From: a phage
Length of the DNA: 64,000 bases
NCBI GenBank assembly: GCA_020279385.1
Contig: GCA_020279385.1_4762.1
Direction: 5' to 3' (one strand)
Shown: one piece after another, positions 46,580-56,085 of the stretch
How the letters are laid out: each line of letters opens with the position of its first letter
Numbering within the stretch: position 1 is the stretch's first letter
Notes under the pieces: model-generated
Told to the model about the DNA's origin: nothing
The model's database searches: none
Seen by the model: only the letters and a program-made list of their open reading frames with translations
Program-made: the position numbers and the translations under genes

Positions 46580-48442
46580 TTACATGTGCTTAACGCGGTT
46601 TACCATCTCGGAGTGTTTCCCGTGGTTAAATGGACGCAGATCAACAGATCCAAGATATCCACTAACGCGACGGATAACATTCATATTTTCCAGATTGTCA
46701 TTTCCGCAATCAGGGCAAACAAAACCCAACTCGGTCGCTCTCATTTCCTTATTAGATCCGCATACATGACATACATCAGAAGGAGTATTAACACCGAAGT
46801 AGTGCAATTTATCCATTGCATAGTCTACTACAGTTTCAAGACCTTTCAGGTTGTTTTTCATGTCTGGGAACTCAACATAAGAGATCATGCCACCGGACGC
46901 CAGCCAGTGATAATCTTTCTCAAAGTCGATTTTCTCAAATGGTGTGACTTTCCGGTCTACGTCAAGGTGGAATGAGTTGGTGTACCAGTCTTTATCGGTA
47001 GCACCCTTAACAATACCAAATTGCGCTCGGTCCAGTCGATTAAATCGATAGCAAAGGCTCTCGGCTGGCGTACCGTAAAGACTAAACCCAAGTCCGGTTT
47101 CATCCTTCCATTTTTCAGTATAATGACGCAAGATCTTAAGAATATGTTTACCGTATCGCTGCGCATCTTCCGAATCAAACGGATGAACACCAAACAGGAC
47201 GCTCAATACCTCATGTAAACCAATATATCCAAGAGAGATACTAGCGCGACCATCTTTCAACACTTCCAAAATTTCATCGTTTTGATGAATACGGAAAAAT
47301 GCACCTTCTGTATACAGCACCGGAGCAACATTGGCTTTAGCCCCTTTTAAAGCGTCTACGCGACTCATGAGCGCATCAAAACAAATAGGCATACGATTAG
47401 CTAGCTCTTGTTCGAATAGCTCAATTCTGCGCATTACAGACGCTTTACCAGCACGACGCGCGGCAATAATGGCAATACGCGGAAGATTTAGAGTCACAAC
47501 ACCTAAGTTATTACGTCCGTCTAATACTTCTTCGCCTTTCTCATTATGCCACACACCCAGGAAGCTACGACAACCCATCGGGCTAACCGGAACACTAGAT
47601 CCGGTGATACTACGGTTATTCTTCGCAGAGATATAATCAGGGTAAAGACGCTTACTAGAACATTCCAATGCAAGTTGCTTAATGTCGTAGTTCGGATCTT
47701 CCGGTTTAAGGTTTAATCCTTCTTCTAAGAACATCACCAGCTTAGGAAACACCGGAGTGATACCATCTTTACCTAAACCTTTAGTTCGAACTTTCAGGAT
47801 CGCTTTCTGAATCAGTTTTTCTTCCCAGCTAGTCCCCATACCAAAGGTTAAAGTCACAAAAGGCGTTTGACCGTTGGTGGAGAACAAAGTGTTGATCTCA
47901 TATTCCAACGCCTGATATCCGTCTAGCGTTTCTTTTTCTGTCTTCTCTTGTGCATAGAGAGTATCAGCTTTGATTCCGTAGGTTTCGGCATCAGCAAGGT
48001 GTTTATGATATGTTTTCTCAACGTATGGCGCTAAAACCTGATCGATGTTTGCAATTGTGGTCCCTCCATATTGATGACTCGCCACCTGTGCGATAATTTG
48101 AGCGGTTACAGCACATGCAACACCGATCGATTTCGGACTTTCGATTTGTGCGCTACCCAATTTAAAACCATTCTCTAACATGTCTTTGAGATTAACAAGA
48201 CAGCAGTTAGTAAACGGCATAGCGGGTGCATAATCCATATCATGATAATGAATGTCACCGTCTACATGCGCTTTATAGATGTGCTCAGGTAACACGGTTT
48301 TAGCAATCTGTTTAGACACAGCACCAGCAATCAGATCTCGACGTGTCGGGAATGTTCGCGCGTCTTTGTTCGCGTTCTCTTTGCTTACTTCGTTTTCTTT
48401 ACCCGTTGCGATCTCTGTAATGTCTTTGATTAGTTTTTCCAT
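46580..48442 (-). CDS. nrdD: Anaerobic ribonucleoside-triphosphate reductase NrdD (uninterrupted)
   Basis: 620 aa; C-terminal glycyl-radical motif (IRRVSGYLGS) and Cys cluster (CHVCGS...CPDCGN). Confidence 0.9.
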   Translation of the reverse strand: MEKLIKDITEIATGKENEVSKENANKDARTFPTRRDLIAGAVSKQIAKTVLPEHIYKAHVDGDIHYHDMDYAPAMPFTNCCLVNLKDMLENGFKLGSAQIESPKSIGVACAVTAQIIAQVASHQYGGTTIANIDQVLAPYVEKTYHKHLADAETYGIKADTLYAQEKTEKETLDGYQALEYEINTLFSTNGQTPFVTLTFGMGTSWEEKLIQKAILKVRTKGLGKDGITPVFPKLVMFLEEGLNLKPEDPNYDIKQLALECSSKRLYPDYISAKNNRSITGSSVPVSPMGCRSFLGVWHNEKGEEVLDGRNNLGVVTLNLPRIAIIAARRAGKASVMRRIELFEQELANRMPICFDALMSRVDALKGAKANVAPVLYTEGAFFRIHQNDEILEVLKDGRASISLGYIGLHEVLSVLFGVHPFDSEDAQRYGKHILKILRHYTEKWKDETGLGFSLYGTPAESLCYRFNRLDRAQFGIVKGATDKDWYTNSFHLDVDRKVTPFEKIDFEKDYHWLASGGMISYVEFPDMKNNLKGLETVVDYAMDKLHYFGVNTPSDVCHVCGSNKEMRATELGFVCPDCGNDNLENMNVIRRVSGYLGSVDLRPFNHGKHSEMVNRVKHM

Positions 48443-48486
48443 TGTATCACCTATGAAAAAGCGGGATTTCTCCCGCTCGTTGATAG

Positions 48487-48981
48487 TTATTTTACCAGTT
48501 CTGCTAATTCTTTTTCCGCCGCTTCCAGTTCAGCTTTCAGTTGTTTGATCTCTTGTCGCTTCTTATTAGCGGCTTCCTGCTTACTATTTCGGATAATCTG
48601 ATCTAGATATGAATCCCACTCCTGAATATTTTTGATAATGTAACCGTCAACATTAATTGGTCGGAGATTTAGTACAGCTTCCAGTTTAGTTGCAAAAACT
48701 TTAATTGCTGGTGTGAAGTATTCATACTCGTTATCTTCAAACCAATAACCTAGACTTGCATTATCAATACGAAGACGAAGTTTAAGATCAAGGTCTTTAT
48801 CTTCGGTGTAAAGATCTTTCACCTGCCCCATCGAGCTAACAACAACTTTAAAACGAATTTTATCTACACCGCCAAAAACATCTTCAAGAATATCAGCAAT
48901 TGAGCTATTAGCGCAAGATTGGTCGCTGAATGCGTCAAGATTTTCTTTAGTTACAGTATACCAAATATCTTGTTTCCACAT
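48487..48981 (-). CDS. Paralog family A-related protein (164 aa)
   Basis: ANSSIADILEDVFGG...IRFKVVV core and C-terminal coiled coil resemble 42624-44674 genes. Confidence 0.55.
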   Translation of the reverse strand: MWKQDIWYTVTKENLDAFSDQSCANSSIADILEDVFGGVDKIRFKVVVSSMGQVKDLYTEDKDLDLKLRLRIDNASLGYWFEDNEYEYFTPAIKVFATKLEAVLNLRPINVDGYIIKNIQEWDSYLDQIIRNSKQEAANKKRQEIKQLKAELEAAEKELAELVK

Positions 48982-49011
48982 AATATAATCCTCTCGTTGT
49001 TAAGTGGGAGT

Positions 49012-49039
49012 ATTATAGCATACTCCCTTTGCATGTCAA
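49012..49039 (-). promoter_or_regulatory. Early promoter with inverted repeat around -10 (PeSL-like)
   Basis: rc TTGACA-16nt-TATAAT; GGGAGTA/TACTCCC arms. Confidence 0.65.
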
Positions 49040-50214
49040 GCACCAACTTTTTTCTTTACTGCTTTCACCTTCTGGCGAATTGCTCGAATCTCTTCGATCT
49101 CTTTTTCAGTCTCTTTAACAATTTCTTTGCGATTCTGAATATCTGTATCGAGATTATCATCAAGTTTAGGCAGCATGTCAATCAAGAACTTTTTAAGGTC
49201 TTTCAGGTTTCGGATAACAGCACCTTCACCCATTACCGCAACACCAACACCATCCGGCAGATCACCAAACAGTTTAACCAGTTCAGACAGATGATCATGG
49301 TCTTCTAATGCTTCCTCCGGTTCAGATGGCAGTTCAACAAAGTTATAACGTTCATCATTGCTGATCAAGTGATACCAGCAAAGCCCGAAAGATTTCGGTG
49401 TATATTCTACACCATCAATTTCAACCGCGTCAACACTTCCATAATCATCTACTTTAGTTACCTTAAATCCTTGTCCCAGCTTTTGAACAATTTCAACAAC
49501 ATGACTTGATACAGTTTCAGCGGTAAACCAATATGGCAAATTATGCTGATTTGGCTTGTAGCGTTCACCTACTTTAAATCTCTGACCATCCGCTTGCATA
49601 GAATGAAATTGTTGTTTCGTGATTTCCGCGAAGTATTCAAATTCGCCACCATCAAACACACAAGCCCATTGATCACAAAAACGATCTGCCTTAACAGTTT
49701 CACCTTTCGCGGTGATCATGGTAGCCGATCCATGAAATTCTTCTTCAACTAAAAAGCCATATTCGACAAAATCAACAAGTTTCATAGCTTCTTTGTGGTC
49801 TGGATCATGCTCTCCCCAGAATCGCTTAAATTCTTGCAAACCTTCTGGGGTAAACGAATAACATTTACCTTTTTCAAAGTAAGTCGGCATTGCATCCTCT
49901 TTCTTGTTCATCGCTTCGTATGCCTCTTTTGAGATGCGTTTAAAGTATTTACGCTCATTGTGCATAATCATAGTGGCCCAATAATCAACAATATCATTAG
50001 CGGAATAAACTACATCTCCAGCTTCAATAGTAATAACATGACCGTGGTCATCTTTTTCTAATACTTTAAAGCCCTTTTCTACGATTTCAGCAACCCGAAT
50101 ATGACCACGGCGCGAAGCATCGGTCAGAATAATTGAATAGCGAGAAAAGTCTAGAAACTCATCTTTACCGCCTTCACGGAATGCATAGTAATGACCTTCA
50201 AAGAATTTAGCCAT
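49036..50214 (-). CDS. Paralog family A-related protein (392 aa) with internal duplication
   Basis: Two copies of KGFKV...G.V..IE.DG.EY module. Confidence 0.6.
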   Translation of the reverse strand: MAKFFEGHYYAFREGGKDEFLDFSRYSIILTDASRRGHIRVAEIVEKGFKVLEKDDHGHVITIEAGDVVYSANDIVDYWATMIMHNERKYFKRISKEAYEAMNKKEDAMPTYFEKGKCYSFTPEGLQEFKRFWGEHDPDHKEAMKLVDFVEYGFLVEEEFHGSATMITAKGETVKADRFCDQWACVFDGGEFEYFAEITKQQFHSMQADGQRFKVGERYKPNQHNLPYWFTAETVSSHVVEIVQKLGQGFKVTKVDDYGSVDAVEIDGVEYTPKSFGLCWYHLISNDERYNFVELPSEPEEALEDHDHLSELVKLFGDLPDGVGVAVMGEGAVIRNLKDLKKFLIDMLPKLDDNLDTDIQNRKEIVKETEKEIEEIRAIRQKVKAVKKKVGA

Positions 50215-50244
50215 AATATAATCCTCTCGTTGTTAAGTGGGAGT

Positions 50245-50273
50245 ATCTTACTACTCCCGTTTCATCATGTCAA
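50245..50273 (-). promoter_or_regulatory. Early promoter with inverted repeat around -10 (PeSL-like)
   Basis: rc TTGACA-17nt-TAAGAT; GGGAGTA/TACTCCC arms. Confidence 0.65.
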
Positions 50274-50836
50274 GCGTTAAATGACTTTTGGATCTCTTTC
50301 AGTTCAGCTACTTTATCGGCGCTGAATTTAGCGTAGGTATCATGTCGAATAATTTCACTTTCAAGAAAGGTTTCCAGCCGAGATCTATTTTCAATAAGGA
50401 ACTCTTTCAGGTCTTCCGCGTTCTTGATAAAGATTTTATTGTCAGTAATGTCATCTTCAATCGCAAAGGAGATAGAGCGAACTTTACCAAACAAGTTAAT
50501 CAGATCTTCCAGCGATTCTTCTTTCTTAACTGGTTTCATTTCTTCAAACTGCTTTTTAGTGATTCGTTTAAAGTATTTGCGCTCGCTTGCGTCAATCATG
50601 ATTGACGCGCCCTCATAATCATGAGTTTCTACCAAATACACTTTACCCATAACATTAACCGTAAGAACTTTAAAGCCCCTGTGAAGCACACCATACAGGA
50701 ACTTGTTATGTTGTGGATAGCGTTTGATAAATTCCTCTGCGGACTCAGCATTACGGAAAGTGTAATAACGACCTCGTTCAAAAACAGCATCATTTGAAGA
50801 CTTAGCTGGATACAATTTATACGTTTTCTGTACCAT
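50270..50836 (-). CDS. Paralog family A-related protein (188 aa)
   Basis: RGFKVLTVNVMGKVYLVETHDYEG and ERKYFKRITK shared with the 49036 gene; SD GAGGA. Confidence 0.55.
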   Translation of the reverse strand: MVQKTYKLYPAKSSNDAVFERGRYYTFRNAESAEEFIKRYPQHNKFLYGVLHRGFKVLTVNVMGKVYLVETHDYEGASIMIDASERKYFKRITKKQFEEMKPVKKEESLEDLINLFGKVRSISFAIEDDITDNKIFIKNAEDLKEFLIENRSRLETFLESEIIRHDTYAKFSADKVAELKEIQKSFNA

Positions 50837-50850
50837 AATATAATCCTCTA

Positions 50851-51123
50851 TCATTTCACTAATTGAACAGCACGAAACAGAATGCGGTCACACGGAAGAA
50901 GCATAAATTCCCAACGCGGATCAAAGTCTTTAGCGGTATATGTTTTCCCATCAACCGAGATTTCACTTACATAACCAATAGGTGACACTTTAAGAACAGT
51001 AAACCCATTCTTGATGACTTCGTAGGTATCTTTCAATCCTTCGTAGTCATCCTCTAGGAAGTCTTTACGTGCTTGCTCAGATTTAAAAACATAGGCCACA
51101 CCGGATTTAAACATCTTACGCAT
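50851..51123 (-). CDS. Paralog family A-related protein (90 aa)
   Basis: NGFTVLKVSPIGYVSEISVDGKTY module; SD AAGGAG before ATG at 51123. Confidence 0.55.
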   Translation of the reverse strand: MRKMFKSGVAYVFKSEQARKDFLEDDYEGLKDTYEVIKNGFTVLKVSPIGYVSEISVDGKTYTAKDFDPRWEFMLLPCDRILFRAVQLVK

Positions 51124-51154
51124 TGTTGATTCTCCTTCTTGATTAGATGGGAGT

Positions 51155-51183
51155 ATTTTACTACTCCCATTTCTTATTGTCAA
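51155..51183 (-). promoter_or_regulatory. Early promoter with inverted repeat around -10 (PeSL-like)
   Basis: rc TTGACA-17nt-TAAAAT; GGGAGTA/TACTCCC arms. Confidence 0.65.
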
Positions 51184-51186
51184 CTA

Positions 51187-51660
51187 CTATCTTAATCTTT
51201 GTATAAATTGTTTCTTATACTTCTTCGTGATCTCTTCTCTTGTATCCGCGTCACAGTAATCGAAACCTTCTGCGTCCATAATAGCAACCATCTCCGAGCG
51301 TGTCAAGCGTGAAAATCGTTTTACTTTATCAACAGCATATTGAGGATGTAAATGATTGTTGGTGTAGTCTCCTTTGATGTAATTAACATAGTTTGTAGCC
51401 CAAACAACGAAATCAGCACCTAAAGCACCAACACCAAACCGTTTAAAGTCTCCGGTCAACGATCCTTCTAGGCGGTTGCAACACGAATGAAGCAATCCCC
51501 TTACGCGGCCTTGCCCTTTCCCATCTAGATCATGATCATGGTCAAGATGGTTTTTGCTCATATCCTCAAAAAGTGGCAATTGACAAAGGGGGCAAATGCC
51601 CCCCTGTTTTTCGAATAGTTCTTGTTTATACTCTTTAGCACTCTTAGCAGTCAGTAACAT
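51187..51660 (-). CDS. 49: Endonuclease VII gp49 (Holliday junction resolvase)
   Basis: Zinc-binding CPLCQ...HLDHDHDLDG...VRGLLHSCCN and C-terminal identity to T4 gp49; SD GGAGGGTGA. Confidence 0.9.
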   Translation of the reverse strand: MLLTAKSAKEYKQELFEKQGGICPLCQLPLFEDMSKNHLDHDHDLDGKGQGRVRGLLHSCCNRLEGSLTGDFKRFGVGALGADFVVWATNYVNYIKGDYTNNHLHPQYAVDKVKRFSRLTRSEMVAIMDAEGFDYCDADTREEITKKYKKQFIQRLR

Positions 51661-51684
51661 AAATTCACCCTCCAAAGAAGGTAT

Positions 51685-51966
51685 TTAACCATTAATCTTG
51701 TTTTTGACTACAAAGGATCGGAACTCATCAAAACCACCTATATAATCACCATTATAGAAAATCTGCGGCATGGTGGCAATAACTTCTACCCCTGCGCGAT
51801 CCTGAATGTCGGCAATGATAGAATCAATCTTTACCGGACGACCGTTTTCGTCCACACCATCATTAACCGGAATGTAGATGTAAGGGATCTTACGCGATTC
51901 ACAAAGGCGCTTTGCATTCTGGCAATACTTACAGTTATAACCTTCAAAACCAAAAATTTCTACCAT
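51685..51966 (-). CDS. nrdC: Phage thioredoxin/glutaredoxin NrdC
   Basis: CKYCQNAKRL active-site region and PQIFYNGDYIGGFDEF match T4 NrdC pattern. Confidence 0.8.
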   Translation of the reverse strand: MVEIFGFEGYNCKYCQNAKRLCESRKIPYIYIPVNDGVDENGRPVKIDSIIADIQDRAGVEVIATMPQIFYNGDYIGGFDEFRSFVVKNKING

Positions 51967-51967
51967 G

Positions 51968-52723
51968 TTATACCTCATTCAGTTCTATATCAAGTTCATT
52001 TTCAATAATATAGGCATTAACTGCCCGTGCCGCATCATCTTCTGTGTCAAATCTTCCTATATACACACCGCGAACTTTAGCACCGTAATTACCTTGTTTT
52101 GGTACTTTGTAAACGTATCTATGACGGGAACTTGCTGCTTTTTGGAGCTTCTTGCCATATTCAGACTTTGCATATTCTATATCATCAATCTCGTTTATAC
52201 AAGACCTATCACCAAAATGTTTCAACGCTGCAAGATTATATGCATACGCCGCACCGATCTCGGAGGGAAAATATCCTAAATGTATAGACTTCCCATCCAA
52301 CATTATTGCACCAGTCCAATAACCTTTATTCTTATTAAACGACACACCTTTATACTTCGAATATGTTTTGCATTTGGTCTTGCTCATATTCATATTATTT
52401 TGTTTGCTTGTCGTCTCTCTAAGGTTTTCAATGCGGCTATTATAACGATCTCGGTCTTTATGATCTATATACTTAGGACAATGACCATGAAACATATGAT
52501 AGATAACACGGTGCATACGTTCGTATCGCTCGCCAGTCCATACAATACGATACCCATCGGGGGTATCACTTCCAGCTAATCCGTTTATAACACCTTTTCG
52601 GTGCGGGTGAATCTTCCACCTAAGAAAACCATCATCATAATAAAACCGTGAATGATATAAATCATACAAACGTTTATCTTCTGGAGTCTTGTGTATAACA
52701 TCATATTTTAACATTGGTGACAT
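51968..52723 (-). CDS. HNH endonuclease with AP2 DNA-binding domains (homing endonuclease-like)
   Basis: HNH motif (IDHKDRDRYNSRIENLRETTSKQNNMN); two AP2-like segments (YKGVSFNKNKGYWTGAI..., KVRGVYIGRFDTEDDAARAVNAY). Confidence 0.8.
   Translation of the reverse strand: MSPMLKYDVIHKTPEDKRLYDLYHSRFYYDDGFLRWKIHPHRKGVINGLAGSDTPDGYRIVWTGERYERMHRVIYHMFHGHCPKYIDHKDRDRYNSRIENLRETTSKQNNMNMSKTKCKTYSKYKGVSFNKNKGYWTGAIMLDGKSIHLGYFPSEIGAAYAYNLAALKHFGDRSCINEIDDIEYAKSEYGKKLQKAASSRHRYVYKVPKQGNYGAKVRGVYIGRFDTEDDAARAVNAYIIENELDIELNEV
51968..52723 (-). mobile_element. Free-standing HNH-AP2 endonuclease gene inserted between nrdC and dam
   Basis: Homing-endonuclease architecture in an intergenic position of conserved genes. 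Confidence 0.6.
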
Positions 52724-53516
52724 AAACTTCCTTAGTATCGGATTTTTTACCCCCGCTACGATCTAAACAATATGTTTTATCCAGTTCAACAACAGAAACA
52801 TCATTACGTTCGATAAAATCAAGCAAATGGTTGTTAACTTTCCCTTTGTGGTGAGTAACATTGCTTAATCCAAACTTAGTACCGCTAGACATTAATGATT
52901 CTATCCACATGTAGAATTTAATCTCTTCTTCTTCACTCCAGAACTTATTATATTCTGCCGACGTGATCCAATATGGCGGATCAAGGAAAACGAAATCATC
53001 CGGCAAGATCTCGATCTCGTCATAGCGACCAGACGTAAAACTGATTCGACCGTCTTTGTTTTCTTCCTTAAAATTCAGGACACGCTCTACCGCGTTTTCG
53101 TTAAAAGTCCGGCGACCAAAATTAGCATTAAATTCTCCCTTCCGGTTATGGCGGTTAATGTTGCTAAAACTGTGCTGAATCAGAACAAACAGAGATAGCG
53201 GATCTGGATTCTCGTTATACTTCTTGCGGAATGCCATGTAAGCATCTTTATCATCACGAGACAAATCATTTTCGGCAATAATCCGCTTGATCGTAGAAAC
53301 CGGATCAGGACACTCGTCAATCGCTTTGTACGCGTCAATTAAGCGGTGATCATAGTCATTCGCCAGAACATCCCCTTCGACGTACAGAGACACGCTCAAG
53401 CCGCCACAAAAGGCATCAACAAAGCGGTTATAGTGCTTAGGGAAATACTTACTAACACCTGGCAATAACTTTTCCTTATTGCCAGTATAGGGAATTAAAC
53501 CTAATGCTTTCTTCAT
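52701..53516 (-). CDS. dam: DNA adenine methyltransferase (Dam-like, N6-adenine)
   Basis: SAM-binding FxGxG (DAFCGGLSVS) and catalytic DPPY (FLDPPYW); 271 aa. Confidence 0.85.
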   Translation of the reverse strand: MKKALGLIPYTGNKEKLLPGVSKYFPKHYNRFVDAFCGGLSVSLYVEGDVLANDYDHRLIDAYKAIDECPDPVSTIKRIIAENDLSRDDKDAYMAFRKKYNENPDPLSLFVLIQHSFSNINRHNRKGEFNANFGRRTFNENAVERVLNFKEENKDGRISFTSGRYDEIEILPDDFVFLDPPYWITSAEYNKFWSEEEEIKFYMWIESLMSSGTKFGLSNVTHHKGKVNNHLLDFIERNDVSVVELDKTYCLDRSGGKKSDTKEVYVTNVKI

Positions 53517-53947
53517 TATCCCTTCCTCAAATAAGTTCGCTCAATCTCTACCAGTTCGAAAAATTCATCCCAATCACACGGAAAGTTGCAGTTTCCAAAA
53601 TGGTCTTCGTTATAGAGTTCTTTACCGGATGGCAGCTTAATATCTGTTACAGTATACCAACCGCAACAATCGCAATCACCCTCAGCAACAGAAACCTTCG
53701 TAGGAATTTGCATCATTGCTAGATAGGTCGGTACGTCAGACTGTTCAAAGATCATGTAACCTTCATGGTCAAACGAGACAAAATTGTCATCACCCAAAAA
53801 AGGAATGTAATGGTCATAATCGGTTACAGGTTGACCGTGCAATTCCCACTCTACAATTTTAACATTACCGCTAAACTTGATACCCATAATGTCAACAAGA
53901 AAATGAGTATCGTCAATGTAAATCTTACTAGGAGTTGGATAAACCAT
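53516..53947 (-). CDS. Hypothetical protein (143 aa), Cys cluster
   Basis: ORF coupled to dam. Confidence 0.55.
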   Translation of the reverse strand: MVYPTPSKIYIDDTHFLVDIMGIKFSGNVKIVEWELHGQPVTDYDHYIPFLGDDNFVSFDHEGYMIFEQSDVPTYLAMMQIPTKVSVAEGDCDCCGWYTVTDIKLPSGKELYNEDHFGNCNFPCDWDEFFELVEIERTYLRKG

Positions 53948-53957
53948 TATATAATCC

Positions 53958-54254
53958 TCATATCTCAGAGAATAGAATCTCTGTTAGCTTCACTGACTGC
54001 TCTCTGAATGTTAGCGTATACTCGAAAGGAAAGTCAACACCTAATTTCAGAAGAGAATAGCCTACCGCCTCTTTATGCTTATCGGTTAGGGCGATCCTAA
54101 CCAATTCCCGTTGAATCTCTTTAGGCGGTGAATGGATAGTAACACGGGTATCATGCAATGTCCAGTCACCATTACGAATCAAGATTAACGGGTTATCATC
54201 ATTGAAGATCACCGACCCCTTTCCGGTCGGTGAGTGTTTTATACTAATCATCAA
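53958..54254 (-). CDS. Hypothetical protein (98 aa)
   Basis: ORF on early strand. Confidence 0.5.
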   Translation of the reverse strand: MMISIKHSPTGKGSVIFNDDNPLILIRNGDWTLHDTRVTIHSPPKEIQRELVRIALTDKHKEAVGYSLLKLGVDFPFEYTLTFREQSVKLTEILFSEI

Positions 54255-54465
54255 ATTCTAAGAAATATTCTGGAACGATATACCCGTTAAAGTCATTGCA
54301 CTTATAAAAATGTGGTGCATTTAATGCTGGATGAGCATTAGTAAAGAGTTTACCCTCTAGAAACAGAATGTAATTAATAGGTCTAATACCTACAGAATCA
54401 GGGTCTAAACCTTTTTCTTTCAGTTCAGCCAGCGTTAAAACTCGTCCAGATCGTAACTTAGCCAT
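54244..54465 (-). CDS. Hypothetical protein (73 aa)
   Basis: ORF on early strand. Confidence 0.5.
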   Translation of the reverse strand: MAKLRSGRVLTLAELKEKGLDPDSVGIRPINYILFLEGKLFTNAHPALNAPHFYKCNDFNGYIVPEYFLEFDD

Positions 54466-54751
54466 GATTTACCCCTAATTCATCAAGATTATGTCGCAGC
54501 ATTTCAGAGTATTTTTCTACTTCCTTGATCTTAGTGTGGATCTCCACGATCTCATCTTCACTATCAGATAGTTTAATGGCAATCGCGAGCGTGCTTTTAC
54601 CAGCTTTCATAGTCTCTTTCCGTTCAACCAATAGATCCGCGTGTTTCAATAGCAATTCTTCACGTTGAACATAAGCGACGGTCAAAGCCTCATCAGCAAT
54701 TTCTAAAGCGTTTTCAGCGACACCAACAACCATTTTACGAGTAGACAGCAT
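54458..54751 (-). CDS. Hypothetical protein (97 aa)
   Basis: ORF on early strand. Confidence 0.5.
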   Translation of the reverse strand: MLSTRKMVVGVAENALEIADEALTVAYVQREELLLKHADLLVERKETMKAGKSTLAIAIKLSDSEDEIVEIHTKIKEVEKYSEMLRHNLDELGVNHG

Positions 54752-54765
54752 AAATTCACCTCACA

Positions 54766-55074
54766 TTATTTCACGTTAACGCCGTCATCAATCCAGCCGA
54801 CGCTATTTGGTTTAACAGTTTTACCATAGGATGCATACTTAATCAAGCATGGTTTAACATCATTATCAAATCTTCCTAAACGTACTCCCAAATCAGGAAT
54901 ATCCATGTATGCGGCTTTATATCCCCATGTACCGTATTCAGAATCAATCTCAACCGGACGGCCTTTAAAAGCATACACTACACCGTGACGGTCAACGATA
55001 ACATAGCGATAGCCAGCCGGAAGATACACAGTTTCGCCGTAAACTTTAACTGGAGTAGCAGAAGAGATAAACAT
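54766..55074 (-). CDS. Hypothetical protein (102 aa)
   Basis: SD GAGGA before ATG at 55074. Confidence 0.55.
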   Translation of the reverse strand: MFISSATPVKVYGETVYLPAGYRYVIVDRHGVVYAFKGRPVEIDSEYGTWGYKAAYMDIPDLGVRLGRFDNDVKPCLIKYASYGKTVKPNSVGWIDDGVNVK

Positions 55075-55108
55075 AATATAATCCTCACATCGTTCATTTG
55101 ATGCGGTC

Positions 55109-55137
55109 ATTATATGATAACCGCATTTTCATGTCAA
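55109..55137 (-). promoter_or_regulatory. Early promoter with inverted repeat around -10
   Basis: rc TTGACA-17nt-TATAAT; GCGGT/ACCGC arms. Confidence 0.6.
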
Positions 55138-55144
55138 CAGTTTT

Positions 55145-55567
55145 TTAAAAATCTTCTTCCGGTTTATATCGACCGTCATCGACTGGTTTTGGACTGAATC
55201 CTTTATGCGTGCGCGGCTTCGCTTCCGGTTTACCAGCAATCATCAAACCAAAACATTTCAGCCCCTTATAACACATAACAATATCAACCACGATCCACGT
55301 TATAGGCCATAAGATTGCAGCAATACAAAATGCTCCTGTATCGACCTCTTTGGTGTCCTTGTCGAATCTGGCGTACAAGCAGAATACTAGATACGAGATC
55401 ATTGCACCAGTAGTCCAGATATAAAGCACATTAACAATATCTTGTGTTGTCACATTATCCTCCTTACATGTCTTGCAGTGCATAAAAGCATTTTTCTTCA
55501 TAGTCATAGAAAATGTCAAAGTATGCTTTTTCCACATACTCGCCATTAATCCAAGCGGCAGTAACAA
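55145..55567 (-). CDS. Membrane protein (up to 140 aa; start uncertain)
   Basis: Two hydrophobic helices; overlaps upstream ORF, true start probably internal. Confidence 0.45.
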   Translation of the reverse strand: MLLPLGLMASMWKKHTLTFSMTMKKNAFMHCKTCKEDNVTTQDIVNVLYIWTTGAMISYLVFCLYARFDKDTKEVDTGAFCIAAILWPITWIVVDIVMCYKGLKCFGLMIAGKPEAKPRTHKGFSPKPVDDGRYKPEEDF

Positions 55568-55742
55568 TCAGAGTGGTCCAGTTAGATCCGCTCTCAACGG
55601 TAAAGGTTTTAATACCCAGCTTCGCTGCCAAGTCGAACGCAAACCGGACGCAACCACGGCAGGAAGTGATATTGGAAGTTTTTATTTTAAAGCCACCGCG
55701 AGTTTTAGAAATTTCTACTTTAGCGAAAGACAGGTTGCTCAT
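55464..55742 (-). CDS. Hypothetical protein (92 aa)
   Basis: SD AAGGAG upstream. Confidence 0.55.
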   Translation of the reverse strand: MSNLSFAKVEISKTRGGFKIKTSNITSCRGCVRFAFDLAAKLGIKTFTVESGSNWTTLIVTAAWINGEYVEKAYFDIFYDYEEKCFYALQDM

Positions 55743-55784
55743 TTTGATTCTCCTTAAGAAAGTGTGTTTCGTTTTGATGTGTGT

Positions 55785-55813
55785 AGTATAGGGGATACGT
55801 GATCCCCTGTCAA
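55785..55813 (-). promoter_or_regulatory. Early promoter with spacer palindrome (PeSL-like)
   Basis: rc TTGACA-GGGGATCACGTATCCCC-TATACT. Confidence 0.65.
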
Positions 55814-55821
55814 CAATTTTT

Positions 55822-56085
55822 TTATGATTTTAGTGAATTAACCACTACATCAAAATGATGTACAGAGCACACCCTACGAAACACATATTCATCATGTTTC
55901 GGAATCGCCCCCAACCGCTTTATTTCGCTCGCTGACACGATAAACCGTTTATCAGGTGCATTTACCTTATATGCTTCAACAACGCACGGAAAACGCGTTT
56001 TAGAGAGTTCGGGATAGTTTTCTGACTCCATCAGGACAATGAATACCCTATTACATTGATTGTAGAATCCGGTTTTTGATTTCAT
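55822..56085 (-). CDS. Hypothetical protein (~87 aa; start uncertain)
   Basis: ORF on early strand. Confidence 0.45.
   Translation of the reverse strand: MKSKTGFYNQCNRVFIVLMESENYPELSKTRFPCVVEAYKVNAPDKRFIVSASEIKRLGAIPKHDEYVFRRVCSVHHFDVVVNSLKS

Noticed and set aside
46580-48442. Possible group I intron or intein in nrdD (T4 nrdD carries an intron)
   Set aside because: The nrdD frame is continuous for 620 codons with the glycyl-radical motif intact, so there is no interruption in this phage.
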